64,000 bases of DNA from Octopus sinensis (Eukaryota): NCBI RefSeq assembly GCF_006345805.1, contig NC_042997.1, positions 94,984,001 through 95,048,000 of the forward strand, in the 5' to 3' direction. Under the pieces are notes generated by a model, which ran no database searches, was not told where the DNA came from, and saw nothing but the letters and a program-made list of their open reading frames with translations. Shown here in pieces: positions 1 through 12,410 of this stretch. The stretch's first letter is position 1. Each line of letters begins with the position of its first letter. A program made the translations under genes and the position numbers.

Positions 1-1857
1 CATACATATATACATATTGGCATTCATTTATACTTGCACACACACATATATTAAATTGATTGAGTAACGATCCCAATTTTCATTGGGATTTATGGCAATG
101 TTTTACTCGATAGATAGCATGTAGTGGTCACATAAACCTGTATTAAAATATCTTTCACGTGGATAAATAACTGATTCTTAAGCTTCGATTTCGAATTTCC
201 ATTATATTTATAGATAGTAATATAACAGAAAAATTTCTATAAATATCCATAGATTTATTCAAGCAGAAACTATTCATGTGACCAGAGAGATAATATATAC
301 ACGTGTACAAAAATCAACAAACACACATATGCATAATACAATGACTTATAATTCTGTCCCCCTTTATCATTCTAATAATTATGCTTCACTGATTCCATAT
401 CGATGAACTTAAGCATCCATCTAACAAGTGTTCAACGCAAATCAATATTGTTGCATTTATAAACTTTGTCAAGCGCATTAAGGATGTAAGTGAAGCAAAT
501 TAATTGCAATTGAGAAACAAAACTGAATTACATATGGGTGTCACTGGGGCTTATAACTGACTCTTTCGCCTTTGTCATAAAATGGATGACCGCTTACATA
601 TTCTATACGATAATGTAATAAATTTAAGCAGCTCTTCTACTTTTCGTATCCAGGTGTGGATTTCTATAATATGATCAGCATAAGTTTAACATTCATAAAA
701 ATATTATCCTACTCAAGCGCTGAATCTCATTAAGTGGTTGGAAAATCATTTCCTTTTTATGAGAAGTACACCATAGCATACTGCACATAATGTAGTTACA
801 ATCGAATGACCGAGAGAAGGAAAATAATGTATATAATCTTTTACACACAGAAGAATCCAGTGAAAAGCCAACTTTGGTTGATGCTGAATGATTTTCTTAA
901 TAGTGGAGCTCAATTGATATTTGCATCATAAAATGTAGAATGCCGATGAATATGACTTGACAGTGAACAACTATTTCCTCGAGAATGAGATATCAGAGAT
1001 CGGTTGCTTACATAAAAAATTCGTATAGCAAAATAACGACTTACGTACTATCGATGTCGAGATGTTTCAAAGACAACGGTTCACATTAGTATTCTATGTC
1101 TTTGTGTACGGACAATGGGGGTGGGTAGGGTCAGCAGAAAAGAATAGAATATCTTAGAGTACTTCGAGGAAAAACTAAATATTTTGTAGGACACATGAGG
1201 GTTATACTTTAGATATATTTAAATTTATAGACTTGCTTTGGAGTTCGCTCGATTGTTTCGAGTATTATTATAATTATGAAATCGCATCAAATCTCACGAT
1301 TCTATAAATCTGTTTCTTGTTACTGACCATTGATGAGGGGACGACATTGGAGACTCATGTAGATGTAATCCTATACAAATTGGAGATTTTAGGAAATAAA
1401 ACGCCTCACGAAATTGAAGACGGTTAACACAACCAGAATGAGACGCAAGGTTACTTGATTTAAAATCCAGGATATTGTGTAACATTTAGTGTTTTCAAGA
1501 AGCTATTATACAAACCATATATCAGTTTTATATAGATATAAAATTATTTGAAAGTACAACTAAGATCACTATAGAAGACAAAGTATAGAAAAATTTAAAT
1601 ATCCAAATGACACAATTTAATACAACTTCAAAAAGATAATGGTTAGAATTAGCACAACGAAAAACAAAATAATAATAATTGAATGAAAATAACGATGTCA
1701 ATTGAAATAACAAGAAAATACGGTCAGAAACAGATATGATGATGATGATGGTAATGATAATAATAATAATAGTAATAACAACAACAACAACAACAACAAC
1801 AGCAATAATAATAATAATTATAATAATAATAATGATGATAATAATAATAAGAAGAAG

Positions 1858-2060
1858 AATGGTTTCAAAATTTAGCACAAGGGTTGGCGATGAGTCGATT
1901 CCGTTGACTCCAGTAGTCAGGTGAAACTTATATCATCAACTTTGGGAGGACGAAACATAAAGACGACCTCGGTGGCTTTTGTACTTATAACGCGAAGATG
2001 GACCAAATGCCGCTAAGTATTTTGCTGGACACGATAACGAATCTGTCAGTTCGCTGCCTT
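1858..2060 (-). mobile_element. tRNA-derived SINE, family A (decayed copy)
   Basis: Reverse complement aligns by eye to the better-preserved copy at 43082-43311 (head AAGGCRGCGARCTG, GAGGTCG core). An (AAT/AAC)n tract at 1738-1858 adjoins it. Confidence 0.75.
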
Positions 2061-2448
2061 AATTAGCGTAATAATGTTAATAAATAATTCATGCAAAATC
2101 TGTCAGGGGCGTCAAATGTACTTTTAAAATATTCAGATCATTTACACTTTAAAAAAATCTGTTTGCCCTCACGCTTATATTTATTAATGTATTCAATATC
2201 TTAAATTCCTTTATTTGAAAACTCTCAATCTTGGATTGTGTTTCTAAATCACTGTTTGTTGAAACAAATAATGATTCAAGATTTTATTCTATCCTTTTTT
2301 TTTCCACTAAATTTTTACAATAAAATTGCATCGAAACTCATGTTTCCATAAAACGTTTTTTTATTTATTAATCAACATGCGCACACACACATACACATTT
2401 ATACGGTTATGTTTGTCAGAAACACCGATTTGCATTTAATATGTATGC

Positions 2449-2520
<72 letters not shown>

Positions 2521-3031
2521 GTATGTATATATGTATATGAAGTTTTGTTGAGTTCTACTTTCATATACATAGATATACACAAATATATCATACACATAAA
2601 TATATTCAATTGGTCGAAATTGAATATTATACATGTTGATTGAATTTCTCCTGAGGCACATGATGTTAAACATTGTTTACAGCCAAGTTTGTAGATCACA
2701 TAAGTATTTGTTTCATGCCATATTTTCTATAGATTTTGCATCGTATAATACAAGCAACAATATTTCTACATGAAAATTGTGTGGACGCCTGGCTCAACGT
2801 CATGCCTGTTATGGCATAATACTTTTAGTGTGAAGCTGCGTTTCAGTACATCGCGTTGCTTTTCATGAAACACGTGCGAAGATTACATACGATTGTTATA
2901 TAAAGATAACATTTAATCTTGGACAATTCTAATGAATTTTGGCATTTTCAATTACAGATCAGTATATTAATGTTCTTCGTCTCTTTTACATACCAAGTAT
3001 ACCATGTCTTTTGATTGGAATTTGTATGAAG

Positions 3032-3065
<34 letters not shown>

Positions 3066-4399
3066 CTGTTGATATCTATTTGATAAAGGCTTTCTCTATG
3101 TCCGGTCTAATCTTTTTCAACACAAATAATGCCTCTGTGGGAAATTTACTCTTTGACATCAGCTATAATATATTTCTAAAGATGCATTCAGAGTTAGGAC
3201 TAAGCATTTTTCCGTACCTGGTTAGAAATATTGGCAATTAAGTTACCAATGAGATTATGCCAACTTTATCTTCTCACACCAGGATATTCAGAGGATCTTT
3301 TCAAAACTCTGACAATGCCATGAAAAAATTTGGATTGAAAGACGAACACATTAGCAGAATGAATTGCAAATAATGTCATCCAGGATAAACGAACGGAAAG
3401 GACTTCAGAGTTGTATCCTGCTAATCCAGAATATTGGAATGAATTTGCCATTCAATAAAACCAGATAAAGTTTGGCACAGGTGTGGAATAATTTTTCTAA
3501 TAACCCAAAGGTCACAATATTTTCAACGCAACTAACGGTAGAGATATACATAGAAAGTATTCCATGTAGAACTATAAATATTATGATATAAGAGTGTGGT
3601 ACTGCAGAAAGGGCGACACATTTATATTTATTGATCAATCATGAGAAAGTATGAACATACGCGAAAATAAAACATAACCAAATAACAAATATTACACAAA
3701 TTAAAACTAATAGGACAATCAGGTATGACATATGAAACGGCAGATTCGATTTGTTTCAAAAAGATCTAATAATTAGTAAACATGGTATGTGTTAAACAGG
3801 GCACTATTGGAAGCATCATCATGCTAAAAATAGCAGTCAAGACTGACTCAAAACCACACGTTTTCAATTTACACAATGGTGAAGTCGGGAGAATGAGTAA
3901 AAAAGATATTATGACCCCGTACCCATTGACGAAAAGAATCGTAAACGAAAAATCAGATATACCGGTATCTCAGTGATTTCAAACTTTGTGAATTAACACT
4001 TAGTATCTCATCGGCGAGCCTTACTGACCCAGGCCAAAACGTCTGCTCATCTCATCTGTGTGCACGATGAGCATTTTTAATAGCACAGCAAATTTCAAAA
4101 GGGGATCGAATTGAACAAAATTTATAAAAATATATAAGTATATTACTGTTCATAATTCACAATAATATTAAAGGCTAACACTCTTGCCTGGTATTTTTAG
4201 CATGCGCGTGCTTCGAATAGTATGCTTCATTATTAATTAATAATTTTCTCCTTATGGGTTTTTTTACGCATGTTAGCCAATGATATAATTGTGAGTTATG
4301 AACAGAAATATTCTCATATAATAAGAGTAATAATAATGATAATAATAATAATAACAACAACAATAACAACAACAATAACAATAACAATAACAATAATAA

Positions 4400-4464
<65 letters not shown>

Positions 4465-4510
4465 CAACAACAATAACAATAATAGTAATAATCATAATAA
4501 TAATAATGAT

Positions 4511-5053
4511 AACTGTCCTCATGCAGTACCAGACTGGCTCTCATAGCTTCTGATCTTAACTGATTGTAAGTGTTATCATGTACATTGTTTTGTCTTGTTA
4601 TAAAAGATGCGCTGCAGCAAATATTCTGCTCAATACCACAGATTTGCTTGTCAGTTGTTTGATCTTAACCAGTTGAGCATGTCCCTTAGTGGCTGACGAT
4701 TTGTGTATCTCTGATGACAAGCAGAAGTAGTGGGGGGGGGGCATCATAGCCATGTGTTGACAGGAATTATTTGGAGTTTGGATAATTCCCCTTTAGAAAC
4801 ATGGGTGTTTCGTTCAACATCCTTAAACAACCCTTATCCAGGGATATTTTGAGCGGGATGGGCTACCCAATCTGAAGATCCACTCGCAAGGTTATGCGCT
4901 GTTAATCTTGATATGCGATCACCTTGTCGGGCACATATGGCTGTGATGCATGTGCCTGGTATACCCTAATCAGACGGGTAGTCATGATGGGTATACTGAG
5001 GTTCGTATATTTACCCCAGTGTCACTTTGATGGTATGCACAGCTCTCTCACTC
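4511..5053 (+). mobile_element. ~550-bp (AAT)n-flanked non-coding interspersed element, copy 1
   Basis: Collinear with the copies at 5108, 51522 and 55812. It begins ...ATGCAGTACCAG and ends CTCTCACTC-(AAT)n, with a small internal deletion near 4880. Strand is assigned from the AAT orientation shared with the Dong elements (inference). Confidence 0.85.
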
Positions 5054-5103
<50 letters not shown>

Positions 5104-5107
5104 TAAT

Positions 5108-5665
5108 AAATGCCCTGATGCAGTACCAGACAGTGGCTCTCATGGCTTCTGATCTTAACTGATTGGAAGTGTTATCATGTACATTGTTTTGTCTTGGTAT
5201 AAAAGATGGGCTACAGCAAATATTCTGCTCAATACCACAGATTTGCTTGTCAGTTGTTTGACCTTAAGCAGTTGAGCATGTCCCTTAGTGGCTGACGATA
5301 TGTGCATCTCTGGTCACGAGCAGAAGTAGTGGGGGAGCATCATACCCATGTGTTGAGAGGGATTCTTTGGGGTTTGAATAATTCACCTCTGGAAACATGG
5401 GTGGTTTTTTCAACATCCTTAAACAACCCTTATTCAGGGACATTTTGAGCGGGATGGGCTCTTCAACCTGAAGAAAATTCTAACTGGGCCCCACCTGCAA
5501 GGTCATGTGCTGTTTATCTTGATATGAGATCACCATGTCGCGCACATATGGTTGTGATGCATGTGCCTAGTGTACCCTTATCAGACGGGTAGTCATGATG
5601 AGTATATTGGGCTTCGTATATTTTACCCCAGTGTCACTTTGATGGCATGAACTGCTTTCTCACTC
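5108..5665 (+). mobile_element. ~550-bp (AAT)n-flanked element, copy 2 (head-to-tail with copy 1)
   Basis: AAATGCCCTGATGCAGTACC...CTTTCTCACTC-(AAT)n; separated from copy 1 only by (AAT)n at 5054-5107. Confidence 0.9.
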
Positions 5666-5699
<34 letters not shown>

Positions 5700-5888
5700 C
5701 CGACTATAACAGTGACCGTTATTTTCCTGCAATCTCTGAAAGAATTTTTATATTCCGAAATAAATCAATTCTAACAGTTAATATAGGTCGCTTTACATTG
5801 CTATACCATTCCAGAAACGTTACTCCTCCCCAAACACACACACACAGACATATATGTGTATGCATATATATTTGCGTGTATATATATA

Positions 5889-5984
<96 letters not shown>

Positions 5985-6068
5985 CTATATATATATGTAT
6001 GATTATATGTATGTATCTCTTTCTCTCTCTTTTTCTCTATCCCCTCTCTTTCTCTCTCTCTCTACATA

Positions 6069-6109
<41 letters not shown>

Positions 6110-6849
6110 AGTAGAATGACCTCAATTACCAAGAATTGCTCTTTGTTAAAAACGGTAACCCATTCGAACATACCTTGTAAACAAGATGAGTGAGACAGAG
6201 ACTTTTTGGCAGCTAGTGTGATGCATTACGTCGGTAATTCAAAGACACGTAATATGACCTCAAGGGTACATACATCTCTGGACTTCCTAATCGCGTATAT
6301 ATTTATTCAGGTGTAAGAAATTATTCTGCTGGTCGACCAACGAAAGTCAATAAACGAAAGCTTTCGAGATACACCAACATACATACACACGAAAGTTTAT
6401 ATCGTTAAACTGTATATTATCGATTTTTGTATGTAACTGGTCAGGATGTCAACGTATTTCCGCGTCTACTGTTGCACTTGGAATTTTTGACGTGTCTTCT
6501 AGCATGATATTTGGTAGCGCATAGACTCTTTTATGCAGTAAGTATGTTGACATTTGTTATCTTGCTGTTGGTAAGAAAGAACCGGAATGAATCATAGTGA
6601 AAATGTATAACTTTTTCCGGGTTGAGAACGAAAAGTCACTTCCCGTGGATTGTAGTCAATCGTAGTTGAATCGTAAAAGTTTTGTGTGTGCATATGTATG
6701 TCGTTTAGTAGTCCAGAAATGAAACAACCAAATTACCAAAACTATTTCGAAAAAATCTCCCGATCATATTGCTTTCCTTAACAAATAGAGCAAAACACTC
6801 GGGTTATACTTGAATGCCCGAAATTTATTTAGAGAACATGGCGATCCTG

Positions 6850-7490
6850 CATTTTTGAACTATAAAACAATATTCACGTATATATATAAAACGTATGAGT
6901 GTCTAGCATCAGTTTAAGGAAGGCAACTATCATCTACCTCCATCTCTAACCTCTCCTCCGACAGTATTGGCTCCTCCACTCGTGAGAATAATCTCCACAA
7001 TACACAACCATGTAACTGCTCTCCTGGGACCATCTACTCTCTACAAACGCATTGCGGAAGGTCTACTGTAATTTATAAATGAACCATCCTCAACGCGTTA
7101 CACAATTCTACAAACATACAGGGTCAACTATAAATTTTAAACAGCTCGATACGCTGTGCGTCTTAATACTTTTAGATATGAGAAACACAAGAAATCCACA
7201 ACACTCGCCAGTCACATACATCATCTCAAAAATAGAAATATCCCCTACATTTTGTCATGGTCCATAAAAGATTCAGGACTTTCAAACCAGGGTCAACGCT
7301 TAGCCTGTAAGCCATGCCTAAAGGAGGCATTCCACATATTAAAACAGAAATCTTTAATACTTCTAAATAAATCTAATGAGACCCTAGGTACATGCAAACA
7401 CAACTTTTTTCATACCTTTAAATTTTACCACAAATCTAAATGCAACCTAAATAAAAACACAGCACATATCTCGAACACCACTTAAGTAAT
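6850..7490 (+). mobile_element. Penelope-like element remnant, GIY-YIG endonuclease region (Neptune/Naiad-like signature)
   Basis: Translation gives PCNC...(C)...VIYK followed, after a frameshift, by KSTTLASHIHHLKNRNIPYILSWSI...CKPCLKEAFHIL...LLNKSNETLGTCKH. This matches the PLE endonuclease pattern CNC..C / T.LS.hi..lK..W.I / C..Cl.E..I / LNk.nE...CrH. Confidence 0.75.
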
Positions 7491-7738
7491 CTCCAACAAC
7501 CCTATTTGACTTTCATCGCCACTGCTTTTAATTTTTTTAACTCTCTAATCTTATTTTAATTGATTTAATTGTTTATTACTACATATATGGATATGCTTAT
7601 GCGCACGTTTGCGGATAAATGTGTGCGCACACGCGCTTTGTGTATGTGTGTGTACCTGTGCATGTATGTGTGTATATGTACTCACGTGTAAACCATATAT
7701 GCATATACTTATGGGTGTGTGTGTGCATATATAATATA

Positions 7739-8253
7739 CTAGGTTGAGGAAAAAGTTCGTGCGTGGTGTTAAAATAATGATTTTTAAGCAAGAATGTATT
7801 AAAAAACAACAATTATTCTTCAAAATAAAGACCATGATTTTCCACGACCTTCTGCCAACTATCTGCAAGCTTTCGGATTTGGTCAAAGTACCAACCCTTG
7901 GGCTTTGAATCGAAATATTTTTGACAGGCTTCTTCAACTTCAATCGGCAACCTTTCTTAACGTGCTGCATTGATCGGAAGAGACCGTAGTCAGATGTGGC
8001 AACGTCTGGGCTATAGGCTGGATGCGGTAGAACTACAACACAATCCAATTCTTCAAATTCTTTGCTGGTCTTTTTGTTAGTATGCGGCTTTGCATTGTAT
8101 TGTTGAAACGAAGCGCGTTTTCGACGAACAAGTCTTGGGTACTTTTCAACAGTGAATCACAATTGAACATGACATGAACTGAATGAAGACACATACCACA
8201 AATATATATAAAAAGACATTATTTAAACACACAGTACGAACTTTTCCCCCAAC

Positions 8254-8257
<4 letters not shown>
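7739..8257 (-). mobile_element. Internally deleted mariner (519 bp) with TIRs and TA target duplication
   Basis: Left TA|CTAGGTTGAGGAAAAAGTTCGT; right ACGAACTTTTCCCCCAACCTAA|TA (22-bp imperfect TIR). The minus strand encodes LPHPAYSPDVATSDYGLFRSMQH, the mariner third-Asp motif. Confidence 0.9.
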
Positions 8258-8321
<64 letters not shown>

Positions 8322-8399
8322 CGTGCATACAAGAATACGGGTTTAAATACACAAGTGCATATATACGCACATATGTGTACGTTTGTGAGTGCGTGCCTA

Positions 8400-9265
8400 T
8401 ACCAATATTCACTTCATTCTTTCTCTCTCATTTCTCAACCCACACTATCTCATTAGCTAATACAAAAAACGCATGCTTAATTATAGAAACTTGACCATTC
8501 TTAGTATTCTTCCTTTCCGTTTTGAAGTTTACTACTCCATTTAGAAACCCTCTTCCTATACCTTTTCCTGCACCCATCCCTCAACATATCACACGACCTC
8601 ACACATATTCATTCCTGACATTCTTATCTCTTCCTATCCCTCCGCTACTCCTCTCCCTTCCCTCTTCTAATATATTGACCACATATCAACACTACTTTTA
8701 AAAACTTTTTTCAGTTTCTTTCATTTTTCACATTTTCTCTTCCACTTTCTTTCCTTCTTCTTTTCTCACATTTTCCCTTTGACCACTCTCCTCATTTTAG
8801 CACACACATCTCTTTTCCCCTCTCGATCCACTTAATACTACCACTACATTCTCACCACAAGACTCTTTTGAATGAACAGCGCATGGTATCTAGGTCTCCA
8901 CACGTTCCATTTGACATGACAAAATATGAACTTCTATTGGAATTTACATACCACGGACAAGAAACATTTTTACCACTTCTACACGTCACTTTCCTCGGAT
9001 AACTTAACTGCAAATATAGCATCTATATATATTTTTATTTTTATTTTCACTTTCATTCTCCTATTTCCCTCCATACACCTTATTATCTTCCTTTTTCAAA
9101 ATAGCTCCTTATATTGAATTCTAATATTTCCCTCTATTTAACTATCTCACATCGTCTGTGGTGTAGGGATATTCCTAATATCCCAGAAACAGCTGTAAGA
9201 TTAACTTCCTCTTTATAAATGTCCTGAAAATTTCACACAGCGTTGGCGTTGTCATCTCATTTTAC
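8400..9265 (+). mobile_element. Probable Penelope pseudo-LTR remnant carrying a degenerate hammerhead motif
   Basis: Pyrimidine-rich tract with an LNEQRMVSRSPH-like endonuclease tail near 8870 and the motif CTGTGGTGTA-GGGATATT-CCT-AATATCCC-A-GAAAC-AGCT-GTA at 9156-9197. Boundaries are uncertain. Confidence 0.45.
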
Positions 9266-9268
9266 TTA

Positions 9269-9392
<124 letters not shown>

Positions 9393-10444
9393 AGCCTCTC
9401 TTTAGCTTGTGAAATGATGCCCTGTAAAAATCATCGGAGACTAAATTTGAATCCTTTGAGCACTACTGTCTTCTATACAGAGAGTATTTCGATCTCATCT
9501 CCGACCTATATATATAAAAAAACTATATAGTTAATCATTCATATGTATGTGTGTGAGAGCATTGACCAAGATGTGAGTTCTTGTCTGTCACACACTCACA
9601 CACACACACGCACTCACACACACACAAATATGTGATTCAGTGTGCAATACCAGAACCAGAACCTCTGACCACGGGCCTTTACACACACACACTCGAATAC
9701 ATATATATGTGTGTGTATGTGCGTGTGTGGTTGTGTGAAATTTAGTTTAGTTAAATTATTTTTGTGACGTACTTTGACTTCTAAAATCAAATTCACTGCA
9801 GTTTCCGTGGAGAAAATGTTTCTAATGGTAAAAGTTATAAAATCACCATGTGTGAGGTATGTATGTCTGTAGATATAAGTATGTAGTTGTTTGTAACGAA
9901 ACACGGAATTTTCTCACGTTTTGTTTTTTACGTTGCAATCATGAATCTATATTTCTAAAATTTTTTATCGTTTCTGTCTATAATTTCTATCTGAATTATC
10001 TACCGATACATCTCTGTCCGTCATGTAATCTGTTGCTGCCTCCGCCACCATGTCTCTCTCTCTTTTAGCAATCTCAGTTTTAATTTTCTCATCTGTAACA
10101 ATCTATTCTTCACTCCCACTCTCTCTCTCTACTTCTCCCCTCTCCCCTCTCCCCAATAGCACTTTTCGTACAGCTCTTCCAGTTTTGTCTTTTCCTTTTT
10201 GTATCAATATCTACGTAGTTTTATCGGTACATCAACATTTGCTACCACTTTTCACGTACCTACTACCACCCAATCACTCACCAACACCAGAAAGCATTGC
10301 TATGTGCGTCTCTTTCCTAAAGACCGTTTTATCGCTTCTATGTCAACAAAAATAAAAGCTTCATCCTCTCTATCTTCCCTCTTGATTTCTTTTTTAATGC
10401 TGTATGTTCATACACTTTCCGGCGTAAATTACTTTCAAAAATGC

Positions 10445-10446
<2 letters not shown>

Positions 10447-10540
<94 letters not shown>

Positions 10541-10567
10541 GTATATATGTATGCATATATATATATA

Positions 10568-10600
<33 letters not shown>

Positions 10601-10601
10601 C

Positions 10602-10647
<46 letters not shown>

Positions 10648-10649
10648 AT

Positions 10650-10683
<34 letters not shown>

Positions 10684-10720
10684 AATATGTATATATGGGT
10701 ATATATATGTATATATATAC
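10447..10720. repeat. Long (AT)n/(ATGT)n microsatellite (similar tracts near 2450, 5870, 28000, 28760, 39808 and 63710)
   Basis: Read directly from the sequence; these tracts produce the YI-repeat ORFs in the track. Confidence 0.95.
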
Positions 10721-11770
10721 ATTGTAGATAGAAAGAGTACTTATGCTAATATATTGTTTTAAGTTTTTTGTTTTAAATTATTGTTACAATGTAAAATTCT
10801 ACATATATTTATAAGTGCTTTTCGATTTGTATATTTCCCTTTTTCGTGCAACTTGCCTCTTGTAGTTATCATTTTGCTGGAGATGTCTCTTATATTCTCA
10901 TCTCGTTTCATTTTGCATATTTTCCGCTGACAGCTAAATATGTTCGTACAAATACTGGGTGGACAAATATTTTCAAATGAAACAATTTGCCTACCGCATT
11001 CGCAGTTTTCTCTCCATAAGGGTTTGCCTATCCAATACTAATGTGCCCTTCTTTAAAGCTGCATGTGATGTACTTCGAATTACTTCACGTTCCTCGAAGA
11101 TATATAACATTTTTATGACCTCAACGATATATATTAATTTTTGTTCGTGCTACACAAGCACAACTCGAATACAGTGTGGGTATCGGTCGGATTAAACGAT
11201 GTCATTTTCTCTCATATATGCGCAAACTACATGAACACTCTTAAGATTTTCTTACTTTCAAACATTTGTAATATTGTGCAGAAGAAAACAAACATGTACA
11301 CGGTATGACGACTAGGTTATTTATAGGTTACCTGTTATGTGTTTTACTAGTATATTTATATTTGAGAAAACGATATAAGCTTCTACCCATACTTGAGAAA
11401 ACGAAATAACATTGGATCCATAAATGAATTTGTCTTCTGTTTCTATTTGAATTTTCCAGTTTTCCACCTGTTAAAACAGAAACTAGAATCGTATGAAATT
11501 ATATACATTAGTAGCGAGCCAGAAGAATATTTAGGTATGTCTCCCAACTGTTTTGGGAATCATATGAATCCATATACTTTAGTAGTGAACCAGAAGAATA
11601 TTTAGGTATGTCTCTATATACTGTGTTTCTGTTCCAATGATGTCAGTACATTTGTCACGCTACTTTAGTTACAAAACGTTGATTACAACTATAGTGAAAT
11701 CTATTTCGGTACGTAGACAAAATAAATTCCATAACATTGCTGTTATGTCATTCAGATTTCCTTCATAAAA

Positions 11771-12110
11771 TGCGTGGCTCAGTAGTTAAAGCGTCAAGCT
11801 CGTAATCATGGGGTAGTGAGTTCGACTACTGGACCGGTCTCTGTGTTGTGATTTTGGGTAAGAGACTATTTCACGATGCTGAAGTTTACTCAGCTGTAAA
11901 AATAATTTGGGATGTCACTGGTGCCAAGATGCATTGGCCTTTGTCTTTCCCTTGGATAACATCCGTGGTGTGGAGAGGGGAGGCTGGTGTACACGGGCGA
12001 CTACTGGACTTCCATAAACCATCTTCACTGGACTTGTACCTCGGAAGGTAACTTCCTAGGTGCAATCCCATGACCATTCAAGACCGAAGTGGGGCTTTAT
12101 AGTCTTGTAT
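11771..12110 (+). mobile_element. tRNA-derived SINE, family B
   Basis: Box A-like TGGCTCAGTAGTTAAAGC and box B-like GAGTTCGACTAC, followed by a ~270-bp non-tRNA body. Confidence 0.75.
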
Positions 12111-12265
12111 TTGCTAGTAACAACAACAGCTCACCTTTGTTGTTCTTTGGCCATATGCCCTTAGTGATATATATGAACAAGAATGCTTTCTATTGAACAC
12201 CTTTCCTCTAGCGGACAATTATTACACGGGAAATCATAATTCCACCAGAAGACATTTGGCAGGAT

Positions 12266-12410
12266 AAAGCGGCAAGCAGGCAGAATGTTTAACACGCCGG
12301 GCAAAATGCTTAGTGGAATTTCGTCCGTTTTTAAGTTCTAAGTTTCAAAGACCACCAAGGTCGACTTTGCCTTATATTATTTCGTGGTCGATAAAATTCG
12401 TACAAGCTGA
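12266..12410 (+). mobile_element. SINE family A, 3'-truncated and decayed
   Basis: AAAGCGGCAAGCAGGCAGAATGTTTAACACGCCGGGCAAAATGCTTAG aligns to the copy at 43082. Confidence 0.8.

Noticed and set aside
2416-2699. ORF-track entries rich in YI, HT, CV or poly-I/L/N/Y (also near 1528, 4175, 5798, 10199, 23411, 27856, 35344, 39792 and 63631)
   Set aside because: These are translations of (AT)n, (CA)n and (AAT)n microsatellites, not genes.
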